The position numbers and the translations under genes were made by a program. Under the pieces are notes generated by a model. That model was not told the origin of the DNA. It saw nothing but the letters and a program-made list of their open reading frames with translations, and did no database searches. This document shows, piece by piece, positions 38,836 through 51,000 of a DNA stretch of 64,000 bases; positions within the stretch are counted from its first letter, which is position 1, and every line of letters begins with the position of its first letter. The DNA lies in contig CAXNKR010000001.1 of the NCBI GenBank assembly GCA_964202995.1, forward strand, positions 794,829-858,828. Reading direction: 5' to 3'. Source of the DNA: Alphaproteobacteria bacterium (lineage in GTDB: Bacteria; Pseudomonadota; Alphaproteobacteria; Sphingomonadales; Sphingomonadaceae).

Positions 38836-40239
38836 ATGACAATCAAACGCGCAATATCATCAGCGACTATCGCGCCGCGTAGCGAGGCAGAGGCGTTATT
38901 TGCGGCGCATCCCGATATCGATTCTATCGAGATGATCTACACCGACTTTGGCGGCGTCCCGCGCGGCAAGCGCCTGCGCCAGCATGAGGTGCTGTCCGTT
39001 TATGAAATCGGTCGCTTTTTCCCCGGTTCCATCGCTGTGGTTGACATCACTGGGCAGGACACGGTTGAAACGGGTCTGGTTTGGGAAGATGGCGACGCCG
39101 ACCGTTCGATGAAGCCAATTCCTGGTACGTTGGTCCGCACCCCTTGGGCTGGCGACAATGCCGCGCAATTCATGGTCGATTTTTATGAACTGGATGGCCA
39201 ACCGCACGACCTTGACCCGCGCCATGTCCTTGGCCTTGTCGTGGACCGTTTTGCCGAAATGGGCCTGACGCCCGCTTTGGCGGTGGAGCTGGAATTTTAC
39301 TTGCTGGATCCCAAGCGCGCACGCGATGGGTCTATCCGTCCAGCGCGACCAGAATATAGCGGTGAAACCCCGCAGATGGTCGAAGTATATGGCTTGCGCG
39401 AGCTTGACGATTTCCGTCCCTTTTTCGATGAATTATACGAAACCTGCGATATTCAGGGGCTTCCGTTGGAATCGGCCATCTCCGAATTTGCGCCGGGCCA
39501 GTGCGAGTTGACCTTGCGCTACAAACCTGATGTGCTGCGCGCCTGTGATGATGCGATCATGTACAAACGCGTCGTGAAGGCGGTGGCGCAGGCGCATGGC
39601 CTTGAGGCGACGTTCATGGCAAAGCCATTTGCCGAGCAGGCCGGCTCCGGCATGCATATTCACGTGTCGATGAACGACAAAGACGGCAATAACCTGTTCG
39701 CCGCCGACGATCCCGAAGGCACGCCAATGTTGCGCCATGCCATAGGCGGGATGATCGCCAGCGTTGGCGATTGCTTCGCGCTTTTTGCGCCGCATGCCAA
39801 CAGCTATCGCCGGTTTAAGGCGAACAGCTACGCGCCGGTTGCCCCGACTTGGGGCGTCAATAATCGCACCGTATCTTTTCGGATTCCGGCCGGTCCGCCC
39901 TCAAGCCGTCATGTCGAACATCGCGCCTGCGGTGCCGACGCCAACCCATATCTTGCGGTGGCGGGCGTATTGTCGGGTATCCATCATGGTATTACGAACC
40001 AAATTGACCCCGGCCCAGCGGTTGTCGGCAATGGCTATGACCGCGACGGGTCAGGCGATGACAAGCCGCCAAGCAATTGGTTTGCCGCAGTCGACCGGTT
40101 CCACGGCTCTAAATTGCTGCGTGCCTATTTGGGCGACCGCTTTGTCGACATGTTCACGATTGTAAAGCGCGTGGAGCAGGACCGTTATTTCGGACAAGTG
40201 CCGAGCATTGATTATGATTGGTATTTGCGCAACGCTTAG
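38836..40239 (+). CDS. Second glutamine-synthetase-like gamma-glutamyl-amine ligase
   Basis: GVPRGKR, AVELEFY, SEFAPGQCE, GSGMHIHVS, VEHRACGADANPYL. Confidence 0.88.
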   Translation: MTIKRAISSATIAPRSEAEALFAAHPDIDSIEMIYTDFGGVPRGKRLRQHEVLSVYEIGRFFPGSIAVVDITGQDTVETGLVWEDGDADRSMKPIPGTLVRTPWAGDNAAQFMVDFYELDGQPHDLDPRHVLGLVVDRFAEMGLTPALAVELEFYLLDPKRARDGSIRPARPEYSGETPQMVEVYGLRELDDFRPFFDELYETCDIQGLPLESAISEFAPGQCELTLRYKPDVLRACDDAIMYKRVVKAVAQAHGLEATFMAKPFAEQAGSGMHIHVSMNDKDGNNLFAADDPEGTPMLRHAIGGMIASVGDCFALFAPHANSYRRFKANSYAPVAPTWGVNNRTVSFRIPAGPPSSRHVEHRACGADANPYLAVAGVLSGIHHGITNQIDPGPAVVGNGYDRDGSGDDKPPSNWFAAVDRFHGSKLLRAYLGDRFVDMFTIVKRVEQDRYFGQVPSIDYDWYLRNA

Positions 40240-40381
40240 GGTCAGTGCCAAATAAATCCAATTTGGTACTGCGAAGGTGATATTTATGAGCGCACTATCT
40301 AAGCTTTTCCGTTGAAGCAATGCAGGCGCAATGCTAGCGGCACGAAGGGATCGCGTGTCGATCCCGACCACAAGGAATACC

Positions 40382-40669
40382 ATGTCTGTAGATAAAGATA
40401 CCGTGAATAAAATCGCACGGCTTTCGCGTATCGCGATTAGCGATGCTGAGGCTGACAAGATGGTCGGCGAGCTCAATGGCATTTTGGCCTGGGTTGAGCA
40501 ATTGGGTGAGGTCGACGTCACAGGCGTTGAGCCGATGACGGCGGTCATCACCAATAAATTGCGCCTGCGCGACGACGCGGTGACCGATGGCGACGTGCGC
40601 GACAAAGTGCTCGCCAACGCGCCCGCCAAGGAAGGCAGCTTCTTTGGCGTGCCGAAGGTGATTGAATGA
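40382..40669 (+). CDS. gatC: Asp/Glu-tRNA amidotransferase subunit C
   Basis: [27 protein letters not shown]. Confidence 0.96.
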   Translation: MSVDKDTVNKIARLSRIAISDAEADKMVGELNGILAWVEQLGEVDVTGVEPMTAVITNKLRLRDDAVTDGDVRDKVLANAPAKEGSFFGVPKVIE

Positions 40670-42153
40670 TGAGTGATTTTTCAAGACTCGGTGTGGCCGC
40701 TATCCGCGATGGTGTTGCCAAGGGTGAATTTAAGGCTGTAGAAGTCGCTGAGGCGCTTAACGCTCGCGTATCTGCGGCAAAAGCGCTCAACGCCTTCATC
40801 GTCGAAACGCCGGAAAAAGCTATCGAGGCCGCGCAGGCCGTCGATGCCGACCGTGCCGCTGGCAAGCCGTTGGGCAAAATGGCAGGCGTACCGATTGGCA
40901 TGAAGGATTTGTTCTGCACCCAAGGCGTGCAGACAACCGCCGCAAGCCATATCTTGGAAGGCTTTTTGCCGACCTATGAATCGACGGTGTCGGCGAATCT
41001 TTGGAAGGCTGGGGCAGGGATGCTTGGCAAGCTGAACATGGACCAGTTCGCCATGGGCTCGTCGAATGAGACCAGTTACTTCGGCAATGTCATTTCGCCT
41101 TGGCGCCGCAATGATGGCAGCAATGCCGCATTAGCGCCCGGTGGCTCGTCAGGCGGTTCGTCCTCGGCAATCGCCGCGCGACTTTGCCCCGCAGCGACCG
41201 GAACCGACACGGGTGGCTCGATTCGTCAGCCTGCTGCGTTCGTGGGCATTAGCGGCATCAAGCCTACTTATGGCCGTTGTTCGCGCTGGGGCGTTGTCGC
41301 TTTTGCTAGCTCCTTGGACCAAGCTGGGCCCATGGCGCGCGACGTGCGCGATTGCGCGATCATGTTGGAGGCGATGGCGGGCTTTGACCCTAAGGATTCG
41401 ACCTCGCTCGATTTGCCAATCCCTGCATGGGAAGCTGGCCTGAACAGCGACTTGAAGGGCAAGCGTATTGGTATTCCACGCGAATATCGCCTCGACGGTA
41501 TTGACGAAGATATCGCCAAAATGTGGGAAAATGGCATTGCTTGGTTTAAGGATGCAGGCGCGGAAGTCGTCGATATCAGCCTGCCGCACACCAAATATGC
41601 GCTGCCCGCTTATTATATCATTGCGCCTGCCGAAGCGTCATCGAACCTTGCGCGTTATGATGGCGTCCGTTTTGGTCTGCGTGACTTGCCGGAGGGTGCT
41701 GGCTTGCAAGACATGTATGCCGCAACCCGCGCCGCTGGCTTTGGCGAAGAAGTCCGCCGCCGCATCATGATCGGTACATATGTGTTGAGCGCTGGTTTCT
41801 ACGACGCTTATTACACACAAGCGCAAAAGGTCCGGGCCTTGATCGCGCGTGATTTTGACAACGCATGGGCAAGTTGCGACCTCATCCTCGCGCCAACCGC
41901 GCCAAGCGCGGCATTTGGTTTGGGTGAAAAGAACGCTGATCCCTTGTCGATGTATTTGAACGATGTGTTCGCCGTGCCTGCCTCGCTGGCTGGGCTTCCG
42001 GCTATATCTGTTCCGGGCGGCCTAAGCAAAGAAGGCTTGCCCTTGGGGCTTCAGATTATTGGCAAGGCGCTCGATGAACAGGCGGTGTTGAACGCCGGTC
42101 TAGCCATAGAGCGGCGTTCAGGATTTGTGGCGGAAGCAGCGCAATGGTGGTAA
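40666..42153 (+). CDS. gatA: Asp/Glu-tRNA amidotransferase subunit A
   Basis: [40 protein letters not shown]. Confidence 0.97.
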   Translation: MMSDFSRLGVAAIRDGVAKGEFKAVEVAEALNARVSAAKALNAFIVETPEKAIEAAQAVDADRAAGKPLGKMAGVPIGMKDLFCTQGVQTTAASHILEGFLPTYESTVSANLWKAGAGMLGKLNMDQFAMGSSNETSYFGNVISPWRRNDGSNAALAPGGSSGGSSSAIAARLCPAATGTDTGGSIRQPAAFVGISGIKPTYGRCSRWGVVAFASSLDQAGPMARDVRDCAIMLEAMAGFDPKDSTSLDLPIPAWEAGLNSDLKGKRIGIPREYRLDGIDEDIAKMWENGIAWFKDAGAEVVDISLPHTKYALPAYYIIAPAEASSNLARYDGVRFGLRDLPEGAGLQDMYAATRAAGFGEEVRRRIMIGTYVLSAGFYDAYYTQAQKVRALIARDFDNAWASCDLILAPTAPSAAFGLGEKNADPLSMYLNDVFAVPASLAGLPAISVPGGLSKEGLPLGLQIIGKALDEQAVLNAGLAIERRSGFVAEAAQWW

Positions 42154-42160
42154 GCTTTTC

Positions 42161-42246
42161 CGTCGCCCCAGCGCAGGCTGGGGCCCATCACGCCCCTCAG
42201 GCTAAACCGCAAGACGAGATAGTCACCAGCCTATACTGGTGCGACG
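42161..42246. repeat. REP-like palindromic element between gatA and gatB
   Basis: CGTCGCCCCAGCGCAGGCTGG ... CCAGCCTATACTGGTGCGACG; imperfect inverted arms, each a hairpin. Confidence 0.7.
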
Positions 42247-42259
42247 CAGGTGTAGAATA

Positions 42260-43732
42260 ATGACCGAATCAACATACCGCATCCAAGGCAACACCGGCGA
42301 ATGGGAGGTCGTGATTGGCCTTGAAGTCCATGCGCAGATCACCAGCGAGTCCAAGCTGTTTTCAGGCGCATCGGCCGAGTTCGGTGCCGAGCCAAACAGC
42401 CATGTGTCACTCGTCGACGCCGCTATGCCGGGCATGTTGCCGGTGCCGAACCGCGAATGCCTGCGTCAGGCCGTGCGCACGGGCATGGCGATCAATGCGC
42501 AGATCAACCGCTGGTCACGCTTTGACCGCAAAAATTATTTCTACGCCGATTTGCCGCAGGGCTATCAGATTTCGCAGCTCTATCACCCGATAGTGGGTGA
42601 AGGCGAAATTGAGGTTACGCTCAACGAAAAAGACCCTGATAGCGCGGTCAAGAAAATCGGCATAGAACGCATCCATGTCGAGCAAGACGCAGGCAAGTTG
42701 ATGCATGACCAGCATCCAACCATGTCTTTTGTCGATTTGAACCGCTCGGGCGTCGCGCTGATGGAAATCGTTTCGCGTCCAGACATTAGTAGCCCGCAAG
42801 AGGCTGGAGCGTATCTCAAGAAACTCCGCTCCATCCTGCGCTATGTCGGCTCTTGCGATGGTAATATGGAGCAAGGCTCGATGCGCGCCGATGTCAACGT
42901 GTCGGTGCGTAAGCCCGGCGGCGAATTGGGTACGCGTACCGAAACCAAGAACGTCAATTCGATCCGCTTCATGATGCAGGCGATTGAATATGAGGCGCAG
43001 CGTCAGGTGGACCTGATCGAAAGCGGCGGCGCAGTCGTGCAGGAAACGCGCCTGTTTGACGCGGACAGACAAGAAACGCGGTCGATGCGGTCAAAAGAAG
43101 ACGCGCATGACTATCGCTATTTCCCCGACCCCGATTTGTTGCCGGTGGAATTGGACGACGCGTTTCTGGAGGAATGCCGTGCATCCTTGCCTGAGCTGCC
43201 CGACGCCAAGCGCGCGCGATATGAAGCGATGGGCCTGACGGCTTATAATGCCGCCGTCCTAACCGCAGAGGCGGAAACCGCATTTTGGTTTGAAAATTTG
43301 TTGGCTGAAGGCGTCGATGCCAAGCAAGGCTCCAACTGGTTGATGTCCGAACTGTTTGGCGCGCTCAACAAGCTTGGCAAAACCTTGGACGAAAGCCCCG
43401 TCAATCCGCAGCAAGCCGCCGAATTACTTGGCCTTGTCGCCGACGGCACAATCAGCGGCAGCATCGCCAAGCAGGTCTTCGAAATCATGCTTGAAACAGG
43501 GCAGGGTGCCTCGGCCATCGTCGAAGAAAAGGGCCTCAAGCAAACCAACGACACAGGCGCGATTGAGGCGGAGATCGCCAAGATCATGGCAGCAAACGAA
43601 GACAAGGTTACTGAATATCGTTCCGGCAAGGACAAATTGTTCGGCTTCTTTGTGGGGCAAACGATGAAGGCGATGCAAGGCAAGGCCAATCCGCAAATCA
43701 TCAATGATTTGCTGAAGAAGGCTTTAGGGTAA
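42260..43732 (+). CDS. gatB: Asp/Glu-tRNA amidotransferase subunit B
   Basis: [45 protein letters not shown]. Confidence 0.97.
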   Translation: MTESTYRIQGNTGEWEVVIGLEVHAQITSESKLFSGASAEFGAEPNSHVSLVDAAMPGMLPVPNRECLRQAVRTGMAINAQINRWSRFDRKNYFYADLPQGYQISQLYHPIVGEGEIEVTLNEKDPDSAVKKIGIERIHVEQDAGKLMHDQHPTMSFVDLNRSGVALMEIVSRPDISSPQEAGAYLKKLRSILRYVGSCDGNMEQGSMRADVNVSVRKPGGELGTRTETKNVNSIRFMMQAIEYEAQRQVDLIESGGAVVQETRLFDADRQETRSMRSKEDAHDYRYFPDPDLLPVELDDAFLEECRASLPELPDAKRARYEAMGLTAYNAAVLTAEAETAFWFENLLAEGVDAKQGSNWLMSELFGALNKLGKTLDESPVNPQQAAELLGLVADGTISGSIAKQVFEIMLETGQGASAIVEEKGLKQTNDTGAIEAEIAKIMAANEDKVTEYRSGKDKLFGFFVGQTMKAMQGKANPQIINDLLKKALG

Positions 43733-43836
43733 TCAGGCGATGTGTGGGTGTAGTGGTTTATCCGCTTCTCTACTTGCTCCGCAGCGGCTTTCCCGTTAGA
43801 GGCTCCCGTCGTTTGTGAAACGGCAGCTTTTCGTAA

Positions 43837-43921
43837 GCGGGCGTGGCGGAATTGGTAGACGCACCAGATTTAGGTTCTGGCATCGCAAGGTGTGGGGGTT
43901 CGAGTCCCTTCGCCCGCACCA
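43837..43921 (+). tRNA. tRNA-Leu(UAG)
   Basis: GCGGGCGTGGCGGAATTGGTAGACGCACCAGATTTAGGTTCTGG...GTTCGAGTCCCTTCGCCCGCACCA; upstream of tig. Confidence 0.97.
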
Positions 43922-44014
43922 CGAAAAAGGGATGTCCCCGGCTGTCGTTGAACCCGAAAGCCATTTAACAGTTTTTGGCAGGCCATCGGGCCTGTCGTAG
44001 ATAGAGAAGAAAAC

Positions 44015-45514
44015 ATGCAGACCGTCGAGACACAGAATGAAGGCCTGAAGCGCGCTTATCGCATGACGATTACCGCAAAGGACGTTGAATCCCGCATCGA
44101 TGCCGAGGTGAAGAAAATTGCACCTCAAGTGCGTATGCCCGGTTTCCGTGCCGGTAAGGTTCCCGCCAATCTGGTCAAGAAAATGCACAAGGACTCGCTG
44201 CTTCAGGACGCGCTGAACAGCTCGATTCAAGAAGGCGTCCAAAAGACGATTTCGGATAACAAATTGCGTCCAGCGACTCAGCCACATGTGCATCTCGATG
44301 ACGATTATGCGCCGGGTAAAGACGCGGTTGTCGATTTTCATCTCGAAATCCTGCCGATCATTGCAGCGCCGTCGATCGACGGCATCACGCTTGACCGCCT
44401 GACCGTCGAAGTCAGCGACGCACAAGTCGATGAATCGATCCTGAAGCTTGCCGAAGGGCAAAAGAGCTTTGAAGCGGCCGACAAGAAATATGCTGCCAAA
44501 ATGGGCGACAGCGTCGTTATCGATTTTGAAGGCAAGGTCGACGGCATGCCTTTCGAAGGCGGTAAGGGCGAAGGCATGGCCGTTGAGCTTGGCTCTGGTC
44601 AGTTGATCCCCGGTTTCGAAGACCAGTTGGTTGGCGTGAAAGCCAATGACGAAAAGGTTCTGAACGTAACCTTCCCCGAAGATTATAATGCCGAAAACCT
44701 GAAGGGTAAGGCGGCAACTTTTGACATCGTCGTCAACGAAGTGCGCAAGCCGGTTGAAGCCAAGGCAGATGACAATTTGGCCAAGATGTTCGGCCTGGAC
44801 GGCATCGACAAATTGCGTGAATTGATGAAGGTTCAGGTTGAACAAGAACATAACGGCCTGACGCGCACCTATATGAAGCGCCAGTTGCTGGATCAGCTTG
44901 CCGCCGGTCATGATTTCGAAGTGCCGCCTTCAATGGTCGAAGCCGAATTCGAACAGATTTGGATGCAATTGGAGCAGGAAGCTGCCCGCGAAGAAGACGC
45001 CGAAGCTGCGAAAAAGGAAATGGAAGCCGAGCGCGAAGAGTATCGCGATATCGCCGTCCGCCGCGTTCGCTTGGGCTTGCTCCTCTCGGAAATTGGCCAA
45101 GCCAATGGTGTTGAAGTCAGTTCGCAGGAAATGAACATGCTCGTGCAGCAAGCTGCGCAGCAATATCGCCCTGAAGACCGTCAGCGTTTCGTGCAATATC
45201 TGCAGGAAAACTTAATGGCAGCCGCTCAGCTTCGTGCACCGATGTTTGAAGACAAGGTTGTCGACTTCCTGTTCGACAAGGCGACCGTGACGGACAAGAC
45301 CGTGACCAAGGACGTGCTTGAAGCCGCCATTGAAGCTGAACCAGATGCACAGCCTGCCGATAAGAAAAAGGCACCTGCAAAAAAGGCAGCCGCAAAAGAC
45401 GAAGCGCCTGCCAAGGAAGCCAAGCCTGCTGCGAATAAAGCTGCCCCTAAAAAGGACGCTGATGCCGCGCCAGCCAAAAAGGCACCCGCCAAAAAGGCTG
45501 CACCTAAGAAATAA
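44015..45514 (+). CDS. tig: Trigger factor with a Lys/Ala/Pro-rich C-terminal tail
   Basis: PGFRAGKVP, FKBP-type FEGG...IPGFEDQL, VTFPEDY. Confidence 0.96.
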   Translation: MQTVETQNEGLKRAYRMTITAKDVESRIDAEVKKIAPQVRMPGFRAGKVPANLVKKMHKDSLLQDALNSSIQEGVQKTISDNKLRPATQPHVHLDDDYAPGKDAVVDFHLEILPIIAAPSIDGITLDRLTVEVSDAQVDESILKLAEGQKSFEAADKKYAAKMGDSVVIDFEGKVDGMPFEGGKGEGMAVELGSGQLIPGFEDQLVGVKANDEKVLNVTFPEDYNAENLKGKAATFDIVVNEVRKPVEAKADDNLAKMFGLDGIDKLRELMKVQVEQEHNGLTRTYMKRQLLDQLAAGHDFEVPPSMVEAEFEQIWMQLEQEAAREEDAEAAKKEMEAEREEYRDIAVRRVRLGLLLSEIGQANGVEVSSQEMNMLVQQAAQQYRPEDRQRFVQYLQENLMAAAQLRAPMFEDKVVDFLFDKATVTDKTVTKDVLEAAIEAEPDAQPADKKKAPAKKAAAKDEAPAKEAKPAANKAAPKKDADAAPAKKAPAKKAAPKK

Positions 45515-45536
45515 TCTCTGCATCAAACATTGCAGC

Positions 45537-45568
45537 AAAAAGGGGGATGCGATGCGTCCCCCTTTTTT
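45537..45568 (+). terminator. Intrinsic terminator after tig
   Basis: AGGGGGATGC-GAT-GCGTCCCCCT followed by TTTTT. Confidence 0.8.
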
Positions 45569-45729
45569 ATCGTCATAACAATGGCGGCTTGTTGTTAGAC
45601 ATATTCGCGACAGAAACGTACACATCTATTAAAGCACTAAAAATATAAGAAATAATCGAATTAGGGAACGGTGGAGCCGCAGCGTGCGACGAAGCTTCCA
45701 ACTCATCCCCAAACTAAACCGTTTTCGTG

Positions 45730-45758
45730 CTTGAAACTTTGCTTGCCCACGCCGATGT
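45730..45758 (+). promoter_or_regulatory. Putative RpoH (sigma32) promoter of clpP
   Basis: CTTGAA-N15-GCCGATGT resembles CTTGAA-N13/17-CCCCATNT. Confidence 0.45.
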
Positions 45759-45797
45759 AGGCGGTAACGCATAAACATAACATCTTAGAGGTATTTC

Positions 45798-46430
45798 ATG
45801 CACGTTCCTTTTGATCCCGTCCAAGCTTTGGTTCCCGTCGTTATCGAGCAATCGAACCGTGGGGAGCGCAGCTGGGACATTTTTTCGCGGCTTTTACGAG
45901 AACGGATCATTTTCGTGACGGGCGAAGTGGAGGACAATATGGCCTCCGTCATCACGGCGCAGCTGTTGTTTCTCGAATCGGATAATCCGAAGAGAGACAT
46001 CTGGATGTATATTAACTCGCCCGGCGGTGTGGTCACTGCGGGCATGGCGATACATGACACAATGCAGTATATCCGTCCGAAAGTCGGCACCGTATGCATT
46101 GGGCAGGCGGCTTCAATGGGCAGTTTCCTGCTTGCGGCGGGCGAGCCGGGCATGCGCGTCGCTTTGACCAATTCGCGTATCATGGTGCATCAGCCTTCCG
46201 GCGGCGCACGCGGCATGGCGTCGGATATCCAGATTCAGGCAAATGAAATCTTACGTATTCGCAAGCGTATGAATGACCTATATGCAAAATATACAGGTAA
46301 GCCATTGAAGGATATAGAAAAAGCTATGGACCGCGATACCTTCCTTGAAGCGGACGAGGCAAAGGCCTTTGGCCTAGTAGACGAGGTATTTGACAAGCGC
46401 CCGGCAAATGCAGAAGCCGACGCAAGCTGA
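45798..46430 (+). CDS. clpP: ATP-dependent Clp protease proteolytic subunit
   Basis: [35 protein letters not shown]. Confidence 0.97.
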   Translation: MHVPFDPVQALVPVVIEQSNRGERSWDIFSRLLRERIIFVTGEVEDNMASVITAQLLFLESDNPKRDIWMYINSPGGVVTAGMAIHDTMQYIRPKVGTVCIGQAASMGSFLLAAGEPGMRVALTNSRIMVHQPSGGARGMASDIQIQANEILRIRKRMNDLYAKYTGKPLKDIEKAMDRDTFLEADEAKAFGLVDEVFDKRPANAEADAS

Positions 46431-46563
46431 CACTAGCGGGGTCATTTTGGCAGATTTGCCTTCATGGCACAGTCCGCATTGGGCTATTGCTTAATCGGAC
46501 CGCATCTTTAGGATACTGGGGCTTTAATGTGCTTTTAAAATTGGCGTGCATACAGGACATATT

Positions 46564-47835
46564 ATGACGAAGTTGAGCGGTTCAGATACGAAAAGTACCC
46601 TTTATTGCTCTTTCTGCGGAAAATCGCAGCATGAAGTGCGCAAGTTGATCGCTGGCCCTACAGTGTTCATCTGTGATGAATGTGTTGAACTTTGCAATGA
46701 TATCATTCGCGAAGAAACAAAGGGCGCCTTGAATGGCCGTAAAGAGGGCGAAGTGCCCACGCCGCAGGAAATCTGCGAGGTATTGGACGACTATGTCATT
46801 GGTCAACCGCAGGCAAAACGCGTATTGTCGGTTGCCGTGCATAACCATTATAAACGCCTCAACCATGGCGCAAAGGGCGCGGATGTTGAGCTTGCGAAGT
46901 CCAACATCCTGCTCGTCGGCCCCACAGGTTGCGGTAAGACATTATTGGCACAAACGCTGGCTAAGACCTTCGACGTGCCGTTTACGATGGCAGACGCAAC
47001 GACATTGACGGAGGCCGGCTATGTCGGTGAAGACGTAGAGAATATCATTCTCAAGCTGCTGCAAGCATCCGATTATAATGTCGAAAAGGCGCAGCGCGGC
47101 ATTGTGTATATCGACGAAATCGACAAAATCAGCCGCAAGGCCGAAAATCCTTCCATCACTCGCGATGTCAGCGGGGAGGGCGTTCAACAGGCGCTGCTCA
47201 AGCTCATGGAAGGCACAACGGCCAGCGTCCCGCCACAGGGCGGTCGCAAGCATCCACAGCAAGAGTTTCTGCAGGTCGATACGACGAACATCTTGTTCAT
47301 CTGCGGCGGTGCATTTGCCGGGCTTGAAAAGATTATTTCAAATCGTCTTGAGGGCAAGTCGATTGGTTTTGGCGCGCATGTTGCTGACCCGGACGAGCGT
47401 CGTACTGGCGAAATCCTCAAGCAGGTCGAACCTGAAGACCTGTTGAAATTTGGTCTAATCCCCGAATTCGTCGGACGCTTGCCGGTAACCGCTACGCTTG
47501 AAGACCTTGACACCGCGGCGTTGGTGAAAATTCTCTCGGAACCCAAAAATGCGCTTGTGAAGCAATATCGCAAGCTGTTTGAAATGGAAGATGTCGGCCT
47601 AAGCTTCACCGATGATGCGTTGGAAGCCATCGCCAAGAAGGCGATTGAACGCAAAACCGGTGCGCGTGGCCTGCGATCCATTCTTGAGGCGATTTTGCTG
47701 GATACGATGTTCGACCTGCCGACCTATGACGGTGTGGACGAGGTTGTGGTGGATAAGGACGTCGTCGAGGGTCGCAAGACCCCTGTTTTGGTATATGCCA
47801 AGTCCGCCAAGGCCAGCAAAGAAGACGCCGCTTAA
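46564..47835 (+). CDS. clpX: Clp protease ATPase ClpX
   Basis: CSFCGKSQ zinc finger, [11 protein letters not shown] motif, IGF loop. Confidence 0.97.
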   Translation: MTKLSGSDTKSTLYCSFCGKSQHEVRKLIAGPTVFICDECVELCNDIIREETKGALNGRKEGEVPTPQEICEVLDDYVIGQPQAKRVLSVAVHNHYKRLNHGAKGADVELAKSNILLVGPTGCGKTLLAQTLAKTFDVPFTMADATTLTEAGYVGEDVENIILKLLQASDYNVEKAQRGIVYIDEIDKISRKAENPSITRDVSGEGVQQALLKLMEGTTASVPPQGGRKHPQQEFLQVDTTNILFICGGAFAGLEKIISNRLEGKSIGFGAHVADPDERRTGEILKQVEPEDLLKFGLIPEFVGRLPVTATLEDLDTAALVKILSEPKNALVKQYRKLFEMEDVGLSFTDDALEAIAKKAIERKTGARGLRSILEAILLDTMFDLPTYDGVDEVVVDKDVVEGRKTPVLVYAKSAKASKEDAA

Positions 47836-48088
47836 GCAAAGGCTCAATTGACTGTGGCAAATAAGCCACGTTCGCTGACAAAATAATGTCAATCCATGGC
47901 GTGCCGTAACGCAAAACCTTGCGTGTGGAGTGCCGTCGGGGTGCAGCTACCCATACGGGCGTACGATTGTCATTTTATTGACATTTACCAGTTCCATCAG
48001 GGGGGCCGTTCCTAGTCGCGCGCCGACTTGCCGATCTTCTCTGCGCACGCAAAACCGTAGGAACTACAATTTTCTAAGGGGTATGTTT

Positions 48089-51000
48089 ATGCAAGTCCGT
48101 TTTTATCTCGCTGCTAGTGCTGCTGCGTTGTCGGTGGCTTCAGTTCTCGCAACGCCTGCTTTCGCGCAAGAGACCACTTCATCTGTTCGTGGAACCGTTG
48201 AAAGCGATACCGGTCCAGTTGCTGGCGCGACGGTAACGATTGTCCATGAGCCGTCTGGCACGACATCAACAAGTTTGACCGACGACGCGGGTAACTTTAG
48301 CGCAAGTGGTCTTCGTGTTGGCGGACCTTTCACAGTAAGTGTTGACGCAAGCGGTTACGAGACTGCTCAGGTAACTGACCTATCCTTGAGCGCTGGCCAA
48401 AGCTTTCGCCTTCCCGTTGTTCTTCAAACACAACGCGAGATCGTAGTTACCGCCTCTGCTCTTCGCGGTGCGACTGAGACAAGTAATGGACCAACATCTG
48501 CTTTTAATCGCGAGGATATTGAGGGTGTTGCGTCGATTAACCGTGATATTCGCGATGTTGCACGGCGTGATCCATTTGTGACTATTGACCTTTCGAACAG
48601 CCGTACGATCGAAGTCGCTGGCCAAAATGGCCGCTTAAATCGCTTCTCTGTTGACGGCGTTCAATTCTCGGATGATTTTGGCTTGAATAACGGCGGTCTG
48701 CCCACCTCACGCGGTCCTGTGCCGTTTGACGCAATTGAGCAGCTTTCCGTCAAAGTGGCACCTTTTGACATTTCGGAAGGCGACTTTCAGGGAGGCGCAA
48801 TTAACGTCGTTCTGAGGTCTGGCGGAAACAACTTCTCGGGTTCGGCCTTTTACACGTACACCGACGAAAGTCTGACGGGCGACAAAACACGTGACCGCAA
48901 AGTCGCATTGAAATTTGACTCGAAGCAATATGGCGGGATTATTTCTGGGCCAATCGTAAAGGACAAGTTGTTCTTTATGTTTGGTTATGAAAAAACGAAG
49001 GAGTCGGATCCGTTTGATGATGGTGTGGGCTCCGGTTATGCCAATCAGGTACCAGGCGTCACACAAGCGCAAATCGATCAGGTTAGCGCGATTGCACAAT
49101 CGGTATATGGTTACGATACACTTGGCCAAATCCAAAATGCCGTTGAACAAGACGAGAAATACGTCGCCAAATTGGATTGGAACATCAACGAAGACCACCG
49201 TGCTTCGGTAACGTACATCCGCAACGTTGGGACGCAACAGTTCCAGCAAAATACATTCGTCACCGGAAGCGCCCCTTATGCGATAGGTTTGTTTTCGAAC
49301 GGATATGAACTTGGTGAGGAAGTGAACTCAGGCGCGTTTCAGCTCAACTCGCAATGGACTGACACATTTTCAACCGAAGTCCGGGCGTCCTATCGCGACT
49401 ATAACCGCGACCAAACGCCTTTCGGTGGCCGAGAATTCTCTCAGGTTGAGGTTTGCCTGGACCCAACTTCAGTGGTCAGCGGTGCAAGTACCCGCACCTC
49501 TTGCGGCAGTTCGCGTGTATTCTTCGGACCTGACGTCAGCCGTCATTCGAATGATTTGAATACCGATAACCTCTCAATCGATTTTACAGCACGGAAAGAT
49601 GCGGGAAGCCATCGTATTAAGGCGACCTTTGGCTATTCAAAAATCAACACCTTCAACCTTTTCCTGCAAAGGTCATTGGGTGATTATTACTTTGACTCGA
49701 TAGCCGACTTCCAAAATCGCGTTGCAAGCCGTCTTCGCTTCGGCGCAGCCGTTCCAAGTCTTGATGCGAATGACGCGGCAGCCAATTTCAGCAGCAGTGC
49801 TTACACATTTGGTATCCAAGATGATTGGGAAGTATTGCCAAATTTGGAAATGAACTTCGGTTTCCGTTATGATTTATATGAAAATCCAACGGCCGTGGCG
49901 TTGAATACCAATTTCCTTACACGCCAGAATTTCCCGAACACCAATACCTTCAATGGTGAGGGCGTGTTCCAACCGCGATTTGGGTTTAACTGGCAGGCGT
50001 CAGATCGTCTCGTCGTTCGCGGTGGGATTGGTATTTTCGCGGGTGGAACACCTGATGTGTTCCTGTCAAACAGCTATTCGAACACCGGACAGCGGACAAA
50101 TGCCATCGACATATCGCGTGACTCTTCGGAGGCGACTTGTAACGTGTCTCCGGCTAACCCAACCTTGTGTGCGGCGGCCCTTACCGGCGTGACAGGACAG
50201 ATACCGTCAACCGTTGGTGCATTTGCCGCGACCAACACTGCATCCCTGGCAGCTGCACCCGTCAACGCAATTGATCCCGATATTTCGACCGCACGTCAGG
50301 CGCGTGCAACCTTGTCTGTCAACTATGATGCGGATCTCGGACCGCTTGGCGATGGCTGGCTGTTTGGCGTTGATGCGCTTTATGGTGATGTTATCGAGGC
50401 GTATCAGTGGACTGACGCGCGTTCGGTTGTCATCGGCACGCTTCCCGATGGCCGCCCCCGTTATGCGCCTTTGGGCGGAACTGCGACCACCAACCAAGAT
50501 TTGTTAATGACCAATGACCAGCGCGGTCGTTCTTATATCGGCGTTGCACGATTGGCTAAGTCTTGGGATTGGGGTCTGGCGGTCAATGCCAGCTACACCC
50601 GTTCGGACGTTAAAGACACCAACGCCATCACTTCGGCCACAGCAGGTTCTTTGTATTCGAACAATGCGTTCTCCAATCCAAATTTTGCAGCCTACGGTAC
50701 CTCGATTTATCAAATCAAGGACCAGTGGAAATTTGGCGTCGATTTCAACAGAGCGTTCTTCGGTGAAAACAAAACTCGCCTGTCACTCTTTGGCGAATAT
50801 CGCTCAGGCCGGCCTTACAGCCTGACTATGAACGATAAGACGTCAGGTCGGTCAGCAGTGTTCGGCACTGTAGGGAATGGCAGCCGTCACCTCCTTTATG
50901 TACCAACTGTTGGTGATAGCCGTGTATCATTTGCTTCATCGGCGAACGAGACAGCGTTTAATGCACTTGTAGATAAGCTTAAGATCGGCAAATATCGCGG

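Noticed and set aside
43922-44014. Island at tRNA-Leu
   Set aside because: tRNA-Leu followed directly by tig-clpP-clpX is the ordinary arrangement; no foreign DNA is evident.
43796-44911. 371-aa antisense ORF over tRNA-Leu and tig
   Set aside because: Mirror of a highly expressed, codon-biased gene; it overlaps a tRNA and has no domain signature.
47836-48088. Riboswitch (TPP or cobalamin) ahead of the TonB receptor
   Set aside because: The conserved cores (e.g. CTGAGA for TPP, the B12 box) were not found by eye. An Rfam scan would be decisive.
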